From Candidatus Aenigmatarchaeota archaeon (GTDB lineage Archaea > Aenigmatarchaeota > Aenigmatarchaeia > GW2011-AR5): DNA of 64,000 bases. The translations under genes were made by a program, and so were the position numbers. Of this stretch, positions 55,844 to 64,000 are shown in pieces. The stretch is taken from assembly GCA_016187335.1 (NCBI GenBank), contig JACPJW010000002.1, positions 32,510 to 96,509 on the forward strand, written 5' to 3'. Positions within the stretch are counted from its first letter, which is position 1. Every line of letters starts with the position of its first letter. The notes beneath the pieces were generated by a model. It saw only the letters and a program-made list of their open reading frames with translations, was not told the origin of the DNA and searched no databases.

Positions 55844-58800
55844 TTACGGACCTCCTGATTTGAATTTATCCACTAGTTGTCTAGCTATATTCTCAAAATC
55901 TATGCCTTTAATAATGTCAAAATCAGCATCAAATCCTTTTTTTGTAAGTTCAGAAACTGTTTTTTGGAGTTTCTTTGTAAGTGCAAAATCCTCTTTACCA
56001 GCCATCAAAAGTATAGAAGGTTTTTCGCCAAAAATTTTTTCTATTTCTTTAGCTCTGCTTATTAAATCATCTAAAGACTCTACAGTGGCATGTTTGACAT
56101 CAAGATAAACTATTTTTTCATCAACAATAATAAGACCGTCTATTTCTTTTATTGCAGACCCTACTCTTTTACCATTAACAACTTTATAAATCTCATATGT
56201 TCCTCTAGAAACATCTTCAACTAGTTCTCGGGTTCCGTCTGGAGACAAATATCGCTTTCCTGCTGAGAAATCTAAAAATCTTAATTTGACTCCTTCCTTT
56301 TCGGCTTTTTCCTTAATTATATTTAGATAAACTTTGTTTGTTACCCTTTCAGGAAGATATCCTTTAAGAGCATCTATCTTTTTCAAATCATTTTCAGCAT
56401 TGAATAGATTTTTAGGCAAATCTTCAGGCTTGAGTCCTTTAAGAAACGTCTTAGATTTTTCCGTTATTTCTGGAGCGTGCCTTTCACCAAGTTTTGCAAT
56501 GTATTTTCCGACATTTCTGAATCCTTTGAAAATATATTTTGCTTCTTTCGCTATCCATTCAACAGCAACATCGATTTCGCCTTTAGCGATTATGTAAGCT
56601 TTACCTACTCTATTTATTACTGTTTTTCCAAAAGGCAATGCTTCCAAACCTTTTACACCATAGAAAGCTATTTTGGATCCTACCTTTTCAATTATTTTAT
56701 CTATGAAAAATCCTGGGACAAAACTTACACCGAAAAACACTTGTTCCGAACCGCATTTTTCCCATATTTCTCCACCGCCTATAAATTTACCCATGCAGTA
56801 CGGAAGCGGCTTATTGCCTACAAGGCATTCATTCATAATACTTGTGCATTTGTTGACAGCATCCATGCCTTCTGAACTAACAGCGCACTGACACAGATCA
56901 TATGCGGTCCATGCGATAAACCCAACGTAAAGAGCGTATCCTATTAATACAGGTAAAAAAGTAGTTCTTACTTTACCGTTTTCATCAGTTTCCAAAACCA
57001 TTATATGTGTGGAATTGTATTGTTGAGATTTTACAGGGAAAAGATTCGTATTATCAAGTTTAACTAAGATTTCAGTTTTAAATGCCGTTATAGTAATATC
57101 TTTTTCATATTTCATTATTTCAGAAGAAACATAATCTTTTGTTATGTTTACAAATATTGATAATTTATGATTACCAAAATCAACATCGTTTATTATAACT
57201 TTTCCAAAGGGATTGCTTAATTTTCCTTCTTGGCTGTTATCTAATATAACATAAGCATTCGCAACAGGAACTTCCTGTTCACCTGTAACGTTTATCTTCA
57301 GTGTGGCTTTCCTCGAACACGCGCAGTCGAAAACGGCAGAAACGGTGCTGCTGCTACTTACGAAAATATTCTTTGTGCCGCAAGTGCTGCCGCTCGGGCA
57401 GTAAACCCCGACCGTGTGGGTCCCGCTTGAAGCGGAAGTGGAAAGTTTTCCTGAATTGTCGGTTTCTCCCTGCAGCGTGCTGTCCATGAAAACTTTGGCC
57501 TTGGGGAGCGCGGCTCCGCTGTCCTTGGCTGTGACGACTACCCGGCCGGCATTGTCATATACGGTTATTTTTTTTACGATTGTTGCCGAATTGTATCCGG
57601 GCTTGCTTGCCGTTATGCGGAAATAGTTCAGCCCTGTTCTCGAAGCGGTTGTCGTGTATTCGTATCTTCCCGAGGAGTCCGTCTTCGACGAAACGTATTT
57701 CTGCGCCATAGGATCGTAGATTGTCAGGTCAGAGCCAGTCACAGGCGAAGAAGAAGTGGCCGTGCTGATTGTTATTCTGGCGCTGTCTCCTTTCCTGTAC
57801 ACCTCGTTTCCTGTTGCCGTCAATATAATGTTCTGCGCTGCCGCGCATACCTGGCATTGAAATTCCAGGTTATCGTTGTCGCCGTCCCAGTCGGTGATTG
57901 CAGATTTTGTAGCGCAGCTTACCCCGCTTTTGCACCTGATTTCAACATTATGCGTTTTTCCGCAGGAAGAATCCGTGACGCTTAGCAAAGCTTTTCCTGA
58001 GATGTCCGTTGTCGTCGTAAAGGAGCCGTCGAGATAAACGTTCGTTCCCTGAAGCGGGTTTCCGTATCTGTCTCTTACGTACGGCGTTATCGTTCCTCTG
58101 CATGTGGTAGGATTGGACGTGCATGTGGAAGGGATTGCGGGATAAGCCGAAGTGTACCTTGTTTTCGTGCTCGAAGGGCAGCTTCCGACTATTTCGGCCT
58201 TGGATTCGTAGCTGCCTGATTGCCACGTGCCGCCGGAGGGAACCCATTTTACCCACCAATAATAGTTTCCTCCCGCATCCATTATGCCGCTGTTTGAAAC
58301 CTTATCGAGCTGTATCCCGTCGCGGTAAAGGTAGAAGTTTATCTTGAAAGGGATGTTAGTCGTTTTCGTGTTCCTGAACTCGTGATGCGTTATTATGTTG
58401 TCCCTGCACCGGTTGTCCTGGCCTACGTAGGATCTTGTCGTCTCGAAATCGCAGTTTTCGCACGCTTTTGCGGAGAATGTTATGCGGGTGTAGTCTATGT
58501 CTTCTGTCCTGCATTTCGTTACAAACTTCCCCTCTACGGTGTATGTGCCGTCAAGAGGCCATCCTCCCGATGGCGGGTAATTGACCAATGTCCATCTGAC
58601 TTCCGTCCTTGCCGGGAGCTTCTCGTTCGCCTTTGTGATGGAGCCAATCACTTTGCCTTGGGGATCGTAAAGATTGAACGTGACATCGTAGGTTATTTCC
58701 GCGTATGTGGGATTCTCGAAGAAATGATATGTAGTTACGTCCTCCCTGCAGCTGAAATCCCTTTTGTCCATCCTGACGCTTATGGCATTTCCCGAGCATG

Positions 58801-59569
58801 TGGTGCAGGTGTTTGACTTGCACATCTCGTCCGATTTGCTGCAGTGAGAGTCCTGGGTGCATAGCATGTTGACGTAAACATCCTTGGAATGTTCGGTGCC
58901 GTCGATATTGTCATGCGTGACGAATTTCAGTCTCCATTTTCCGGCATAGCCTAATCTTAATTCAAACCACTGAGATACGCACAACCATGGGGAATTCCCG
59001 GAATTCTTGAAATTGGATTGTATATAGTATTGTCCGTTATTCCATTTGAGCTGGTTTCCGCCAGAATCATAAAGATAAACTCTTTGGTAATAATCCCATC
59101 TCTGGTTATGGACAACATCGTTCACTCTCTGGTAAACGTAAAACCTGTCCCCGCTTTTTACAGAACTTATCTGGTTGCAGCTTGATTCCCAGTTCCCGCA
59201 GTATTGGCCGCTGGGCTGGTTCGAGCAGAGCATGTGGTTGCTCGTGTAAATCTCGGCGGAGAAATTACCGCTTTCTGCGATTCCGCTTGAGGATGATGTT
59301 GCGTCGCCGACAAACCCTCCTGACGCCGTTACAAGCGGCGCAATGGTCTGCTCCTGCGGCGCTGTTCCGTTTTGCACGATTCCTGTTATCGCGTAATTTT
59401 CTTCGCTCACGTTTGACTTCGGTATTATCGTATATGTCGCTACCAGCGGCGGGTACGTGACATTTTCAGGCGCGTAATTTTCAACATAGCCGGTATAAAC
59501 AGAAGTTGAGCTGGATGTTGCTTCAGCATGGGAAAACGCCACAAAAATAAGTGTAAAGAAAACGAACAT
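55844..59569 (-). CDS. Secreted polymorphic-toxin-like protein with C-terminal PD-(D/E)xK nuclease-like domain
   Basis: Signal peptide from ATG 59569; Cys/Ig-like stalk; hydrophobic region; tip with GYLPE, EIDGLII, YLDVK. Confidence 0.7.
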   Translation of the reverse strand: MFVFFTLIFVAFSHAEATSSSTSVYTGYVENYAPENVTYPPLVATYTIIPKSNVSEENYAITGIVQNGTAPQEQTIAPLVTASGGFVGDATSSSSGIAESGNFSAEIYTSNHMLCSNQPSGQYCGNWESSCNQISSVKSGDRFYVYQRVNDVVHNQRWDYYQRVYLYDSGGNQLKWNNGQYYIQSNFKNSGNSPWLCVSQWFELRLGYAGKWRLKFVTHDNIDGTEHSKDVYVNMLCTQDSHCSKSDEMCKSNTCTTCSGNAISVRMDKRDFSCREDVTTYHFFENPTYAEITYDVTFNLYDPQGKVIGSITKANEKLPARTEVRWTLVNYPPSGGWPLDGTYTVEGKFVTKCRTEDIDYTRITFSAKACENCDFETTRSYVGQDNRCRDNIITHHEFRNTKTTNIPFKINFYLYRDGIQLDKVSNSGIMDAGGNYYWWVKWVPSGGTWQSGSYESKAEIVGSCPSSTKTRYTSAYPAIPSTCTSNPTTCRGTITPYVRDRYGNPLQGTNVYLDGSFTTTTDISGKALLSVTDSSCGKTHNVEIRCKSGVSCATKSAITDWDGDNDNLEFQCQVCAAAQNIILTATGNEVYRKGDSARITISTATSSSPVTGSDLTIYDPMAQKYVSSKTDSSGRYEYTTTASRTGLNYFRITASKPGYNSATIVKKITVYDNAGRVVVTAKDSGAALPKAKVFMDSTLQGETDNSGKLSTSASSGTHTVGVYCPSGSTCGTKNIFVSSSSTVSAVFDCACSRKATLKINVTGEQEVPVANAYVILDNSQEGKLSNPFGKVIINDVDFGNHKLSIFVNITKDYVSSEIMKYEKDITITAFKTEILVKLDNTNLFPVKSQQYNSTHIMVLETDENGKVRTTFLPVLIGYALYVGFIAWTAYDLCQCAVSSEGMDAVNKCTSIMNECLVGNKPLPYCMGKFIGGGEIWEKCGSEQVFFGVSFVPGFFIDKIIEKVGSKIAFYGVKGLEALPFGKTVINRVGKAYIIAKGEIDVAVEWIAKEAKYIFKGFRNVGKYIAKLGERHAPEITEKSKTFLKGLKPEDLPKNLFNAENDLKKIDALKGYLPERVTNKVYLNIIKEKAEKEGVKLRFLDFSAGKRYLSPDGTRELVEDVSRGTYEIYKVVNGKRVGSAIKEIDGLIIVDEKIVYLDVKHATVESLDDLISRAKEIEKIFGEKPSILLMAGKEDFALTKKLQKTVSELTKKGFDADFDIIKGIDFENIARQLVDKFKSGGP

Positions 59570-59582
59570 TGAGGCATTAATT

Positions 59583-60920
59583 TTATATCGCAAGGAAATC
59601 CCACCAAGGCTTCTTGACGGATAAGATTTCAGAGTTAGATGCGTCAATCTTGACATTGTAAGAAATCTTCACGGGTATAATGCCAAGAATCTTCTTTTCC
59701 TTCTTCGCTTCAACGCTGTAAACGGGCTTTTCGTTCTCGCTCTCTATTGTTATCTTCTCAGAAGAAGCTCCTGTGCTGTTTCTGGCTATTTCAGAAGCTG
59801 CATCCGGAAGCGTCTTGATTCTGGCTCCGGTTTTATCATCCGTATATATGCCCTCGCCTGTTATTTTTATTGGAAGATTTGATTCGGCGCTGGAATTCTG
59901 GGAAACGACCGTCACTGAGCCGGAGGTTCTTTCTATTTTTACTTCCTTGGTTCCGCTGCCTGATTTTATCCTTGCATTAACGACTACATTGTTTTCATCC
60001 TTGGTTACGTTTACTATACTGAGGGTTTGACCCTCGGCTGGCGATATTTCAGAATATTCCTTTTTTTCTGCGTCAAATGAAAACGAGAAATTAATCGCAA
60101 TCGGCGGCGAAACTAGCGGTTTTATTTCAATAGCATCTTTTCCAGGACCTTCTAGCGATTTGTTATCTTTCAAAGGCTTTTCTTGTTCCGCTGCTTCATA
60201 AATACCGCCGGCTGCTGAACCGCCTCCGCCTCCTCCTCCACCACTGCTGCTGCTACTTCCGCCTCCGTATGATTCATTATAAGGATATGGCGCCGGCGTG
60301 TAGTTCTTTTTCCTTTCGCGCTCCCTTTCCTCGGCTATCCGAATTTCCTCTTCCGTCATCGGCCTTTTCTCGTAAGTTAGGATAGGCGGCGGGTAAGTCA
60401 CGTTTTCCGGCTCTTCTACGTAGCCTGTATAGATAGAAGTTGAGCCGGTCGTGGCGCTATATTCTGCTTGACCGCCGGAGTCGCCACCTCCTGAACTTGA
60501 GCTGGAACTTGATCCCCCAAGAGATGGGCAGACATCAACTTTTTTCCACTCTTTTGGCAGGCATGAAGAGGGGAATGACAAACAGCTTCCATCCGGACCG
60601 ACGGCTAGCGTTGAAACCTCTGGGCATATAACAGGATTTTTGCAGTCTTTTTCATCAACAAGTCTAAATCCTCTAGGAATACAAGAATTAAGGAAAATCA
60701 TGCATGTGTCGTTTTCATTAACCGTATAGTATGTTCCGGGCTTGCACCAACCTATAGTAGAAAATTCCTGTCCTTCGGATGTGTTAACAAAAAATGATAA
60801 AATTATCGCTCCCAGCATTATCAGGAAAAATTTTTTGTTCATTGTGATGGCTACGGTTTTCAGAAGAAGTGCGGCCTTTTTGGTGATGCTGGCGCAGTCA
60901 GCCTTAGGACACAACCCCAT
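59583..60920 (-). CDS. Secreted protein with Cys-rich N-terminus, Gly/Ser linkers and PepSY-like C-terminal domain
   Basis: Signal peptide; PVYSVEAK..KILGIIPVK..KIDASNSEILSVKKPWW; start may be a later Met (MNKKFF). Confidence 0.75.
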   Translation of the reverse strand: MGLCPKADCASITKKAALLLKTVAITMNKKFFLIMLGAIILSFFVNTSEGQEFSTIGWCKPGTYYTVNENDTCMIFLNSCIPRGFRLVDEKDCKNPVICPEVSTLAVGPDGSCLSFPSSCLPKEWKKVDVCPSLGGSSSSSSSGGGDSGGQAEYSATTGSTSIYTGYVEEPENVTYPPPILTYEKRPMTEEEIRIAEERERERKKNYTPAPYPYNESYGGGSSSSSGGGGGGGGSAAGGIYEAAEQEKPLKDNKSLEGPGKDAIEIKPLVSPPIAINFSFSFDAEKKEYSEISPAEGQTLSIVNVTKDENNVVVNARIKSGSGTKEVKIERTSGSVTVVSQNSSAESNLPIKITGEGIYTDDKTGARIKTLPDAASEIARNSTGASSEKITIESENEKPVYSVEAKKEKKILGIIPVKISYNVKIDASNSEILSVKKPWWDFLAI

Positions 60921-60996
60921 TAAGATTAAATGAAACTTAAAACCCTCTTAAAACAATTTACCAGAAGAATTGCTTACTGAAAAGTCATGAAACTCA

Positions 60997-63666
60997 TTAG
61001 CCGAAGAATTCGGAATATCCCACCCTTACGATGTAGTTCGTGCCGTTGTACACGCCGACGGGCATGTGGAAGACTCCCGCCTGCGTGTTGTAATTCGTGC
61101 CGGAGCCGTTGAAGCTTCCGCCGCCCTTCACGTTTTCCGGTATGGTGTAGTTTGAAACCACCGTGGTGTTGAGGGTGAATCCGACGGCGGAAGAGTTGAA
61201 TATCGTTCCCGCCGTGTTGTTTGCAAAAACCGTCATGGAATTGGCGCCTGCTGCCACGGTGAAAGTGGCGTTCGCGCAGCCGGGCAGGCTCGTGTTGGCG
61301 TTGTTATGCCTGTACCAGCACGCCTGCGCTGTCCCGTTCAGGGTGTAGTTGAGCTGTATGACTGTGTCCGTGTATGTCCTGTTCGCAGGCGACGCTAATA
61401 CTATTGTCACGTCTCCGGCCGCGGCCGATATGAGCGCCGAATTGTTCGCATTGAAAGTCTCGCCGTACGAGCTCGAGGATGCGTTCACAAGAAAGTTAAA
61501 TGTTCCCGTGCTGGCTGATGTTAATATCCAAGAAGCTGTTTTATTAGAACTCGCATTCAGAAAGCCAAGCGACTGCGGGTTCGAGCCGGAAACTATGGTA
61601 AGGAAGGATGAGGTCAATGTGAGGTTCACGCTGACATTATGCGCGGCTAAATCGCCGCCGTTAGCCACATTCGCGGTGAAATTAAATTCTTGGCTCACGA
61701 AAGCTGTAGGAGAACCCAGCGATACGCTGAGCGAAGGCGGGTCTGCAGCGCTTATGCTTTTCGACGCTGCGACGGCGTACTCTTCGGTATTGCTGTTGTG
61801 CGTGAAGTTGGTGGTGAAGGCGTGGACCTTCACGACCACGCTGGAGTAGCTCGCGCCCGTGCCGACCTGCTCCGTGTTCTCAACGCCCGTGATGGACCTC
61901 GATATCTGCGTGTTCGCCGACTCGTTATAAATGTAAATGTCAAGGTCGTTCAGCGAATAATATGTTGTCGGGCTGTTTGCGCCGTTATATACAACATGCC
62001 TGTTCCATTCCAGGGTCGCTTTGTTGCCCGCGCTCATGTTGGTGATTTTGTAAAATTTCACTGCGCCTTCGGTTATGTTGTCAAGAACGACGTTGTTGCG
62101 CTGCGCGTACGCCTCGCCCAGGTCCATCACGCCCCAGCCGAACGCCCTCCTGTCGGAAAATGTCGCGTTCTTGGCACTGTTGAGCATGAGCGCCCTTATC
62201 GCAATCGGGTTCCACTTTAATCCTTTATAATTAAGCACGAGCGCTACCGCTCCGGAAACGTGCGGCGTCGCCATGCTCGTCCCGCTCGCGCCCACAAAAT
62301 CGTCCGTGGTTTCCCATATATTATAAGCAGAAATTATGCTGCTGCCAGGCGCCGCTATGTCCGGCTTTACCCGGCCGTCCGAGGTGAATCCGCGTGAACT
62401 GAAGGAAGATATGGCGTCATCGCTTGTATCGCCGACGGAATCGCACGTGTTCATGTCATTCTGAGAAGCGACGCTGAAGAAGTTGTAGCCTGGTGCGCCG
62501 ACTGTGCTGTTCGACGGGCCGTCATTGCCCGCGGAGTTAGCAACAGAAACATCAAGATCATCAACAATTGCGTCGAGATATCTCGCGTTGGCGCAGTCGC
62601 TGACGCCGCTTCCACACAGCCCGAAACTTCTGCTTATTACGTCCGCTCCTGCAGTTGAAATTGCCCAGTCCATTGCCTTCATGCCGTCGGAATTATACAT
62701 CCATCCTCCTGTTGTGCTGTTCGCGCCCGCCTTTGCGTTTATCAGCCTTGTGCCGTAAGCGATTCCCCTGTACTTGGAATCCCTGCTTGCTATAATCCCG
62801 GCCACATGCGTGCCGTGAAAGTGCAGGTCGTCCGTCGTGTTAGGATTATCCCTGTATGAGGAATCCGTTACAGCCGTATCGTGGAAAGTTCTATTCGCTG
62901 TGACGACTCCTGTAAGCGCAGGATGATTCGCATCAACGCCTGTATCAAGGTCGGTAACATCCCATCCTGTCCCGTTGTATCCGGCAGAATAAAATGTATC
63001 TGCCCCGGTTGCGCAGACGCTCTTGTCGAGCGTTGCAAAAGTTTTCTCATCCTCGTAAACAGCTGCGATCTCGCCGCTTTCCTTGAGCGCCTGAAGGCAT
63101 TTCTTCGGTATCCTTGCGAAAACGCTGTTGATCACTATTCCCGTGCCGGTAGCGCTTCCTCCGCATTTTTCCACTATATCGCCGACCAGGTTCTGCTGCG
63201 GCTCCGCGAGATTTTTCTGCCTGAGCATTATGTCCCTTTTCATCATGTCCTTTATGGAGTCTATTTTTTCAACAGTTTCTTTCATCCTGCTTTTTTCCTC
63301 CTTCGTCAGGGCGGAAGTCTGGTACTCCACGGCCTTTTCCAGTCCTAATGACCTTATCTGTCCTTCATCCAGCTGCCTGAACTTTTTTTCTATTTCCTCG
63401 AGCACCTTCGCCTCTTCATCAACTTTCTGGTCGTACTGCGGCTTCACGTTCCTGCTGATTTCGTGCAGCGGCTGGTCCTTGAGGACGATTATTGCCGGAA
63501 ATTCACCGGGAGCAATTTCCGGATTTGCCAGGAGATCCGACGTATCAGGCTCCTGCGAAGGGGCGGGACCCTTCACTGCCTCGGCGAACGAAAGGGGAGC
63601 TAGAACCAGTATGCATATCGTAAAAACAGCGAATCTTATCTTTGCCGGATTCAAAACAGCTTGCAT
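60997..63666 (-). CDS. Secreted S8 serine peptidase with Ig-like domains and shared C-terminal domain
   Basis: Signal peptide, DLDTGVD, HGTHVAG, GTSMATPHVSG, NDLDIYIY. Confidence 0.93.
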   Translation of the reverse strand: MQAVLNPAKIRFAVFTICILVLAPLSFAEAVKGPAPSQEPDTSDLLANPEIAPGEFPAIIVLKDQPLHEISRNVKPQYDQKVDEEAKVLEEIEKKFRQLDEGQIRSLGLEKAVEYQTSALTKEEKSRMKETVEKIDSIKDMMKRDIMLRQKNLAEPQQNLVGDIVEKCGGSATGTGIVINSVFARIPKKCLQALKESGEIAAVYEDEKTFATLDKSVCATGADTFYSAGYNGTGWDVTDLDTGVDANHPALTGVVTANRTFHDTAVTDSSYRDNPNTTDDLHFHGTHVAGIIASRDSKYRGIAYGTRLINAKAGANSTTGGWMYNSDGMKAMDWAISTAGADVISRSFGLCGSGVSDCANARYLDAIVDDLDVSVANSAGNDGPSNSTVGAPGYNFFSVASQNDMNTCDSVGDTSDDAISSFSSRGFTSDGRVKPDIAAPGSSIISAYNIWETTDDFVGASGTSMATPHVSGAVALVLNYKGLKWNPIAIRALMLNSAKNATFSDRRAFGWGVMDLGEAYAQRNNVVLDNITEGAVKFYKITNMSAGNKATLEWNRHVVYNGANSPTTYYSLNDLDIYIYNESANTQISRSITGVENTEQVGTGASYSSVVVKVHAFTTNFTHNSNTEEYAVAASKSISAADPPSLSVSLGSPTAFVSQEFNFTANVANGGDLAAHNVSVNLTLTSSFLTIVSGSNPQSLGFLNASSNKTASWILTSASTGTFNFLVNASSSSYGETFNANNSALISAAAGDVTIVLASPANRTYTDTVIQLNYTLNGTAQACWYRHNNANTSLPGCANATFTVAAGANSMTVFANNTAGTIFNSSAVGFTLNTTVVSNYTIPENVKGGGSFNGSGTNYNTQAGVFHMPVGVYNGTNYIVRVGYSEFFG

Positions 63667-63724
63667 AGCGATCGGAAACCTAGTTTATTTTTTCTTTAGT
63701 TTATTTAAATCCGGGAATTCCACC

Positions 63725-64000
63725 TCAGCCGAAGTATTGGTTGTAGCCTATCTCTATCACGTAATTGGAGCTTGTATTCCTGCCGACCGGGCCTCTCCCC
63801 ACGGTTGTTTCTGTGTTGTAGTTTGCGCTCGAGTTTTTCGACGAGCCGTGGCCGATGCCGATTTTCTTCCTCGGCACTATGTAATTCGCGGATATTTCCC
63901 TCCACGTTCCGCTGTCGCATTTTTCATTTTTATTGTCGTCGTTCACGTCGCCTACAAAGCTGTCAGGGTAGCATGTTTTCCCGTAAACGCAGCTTTCGTT
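63725..64000 (-). CDS. 3' end of a Cys-containing protein carrying the shared C-terminal domain (partial)
   Basis: Frame is open to the window edge (NESCVYGKTCYPDSFVGDVNDD...YVIEIGYNQYFG*). Confidence 0.8.
   Translation of the reverse strand, partial: NESCVYGKTCYPDSFVGDVNDDNKNEKCDSGTWREISANYIVPRKKIGIGHGSSKNSSANYNTETTVGRGPVGRNTSSNYVIEIGYNQYFG

Noticed and set aside
59583-59656. Track start of the toxin ORF at 59656
   Set aside because: Overlaps the upstream gene's 3' end; ATG 59569 gives a cleaner signal peptide
1-64000. CRISPR array, rRNA, integrase or transposase
   Set aside because: No regularly spaced repeats, rRNA-like tracts or recombinase motifs were seen by eye

Overview
Archaeal chromosomal window. 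The eRF1/aRF1, RPS8e, Sm-RPL37e, class I aaRS genes and intron-containing tRNA mark it as archaeal. The gene style and many Cys-rich surface proteins suggest DPANN, possibly Aenigmarchaeota-like (inference). Housekeeping genes (valS 3' part, aRF1, tatD, pcm, rps8e, Sm, rpl37e, metG, trpS, mscS, treS) are interleaved with TA modules (HicBA, AbrB-VapC), AT-rich ORFans and many large secreted proteins. Three things stand out. (1) A minus-strand locus at 49.7-64 kb encodes a polymorphic-toxin-like protein with an AT-rich PD-(D/E)xK tip and an abutting candidate immunity gene. It is flanked by two S8 proteases. Three locus proteins share a ~45-55 aa C-terminal domain and two others share a YTGYVE..PENVTYPP motif. 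(2) A TyrRS-fold paralogue lacking HIGH/KMSKS is translationally coupled to an Asp/Glu racemase just upstream of trpS. (3) A tRNA-Lys(CUU)-like gene carries a D-loop intron and a complex anticodon-loop intron. No CRISPR array, rRNA, integrase or transposase was seen. All family calls are by-eye motif recognition and GC statements are visual; nothing was computed or searched.
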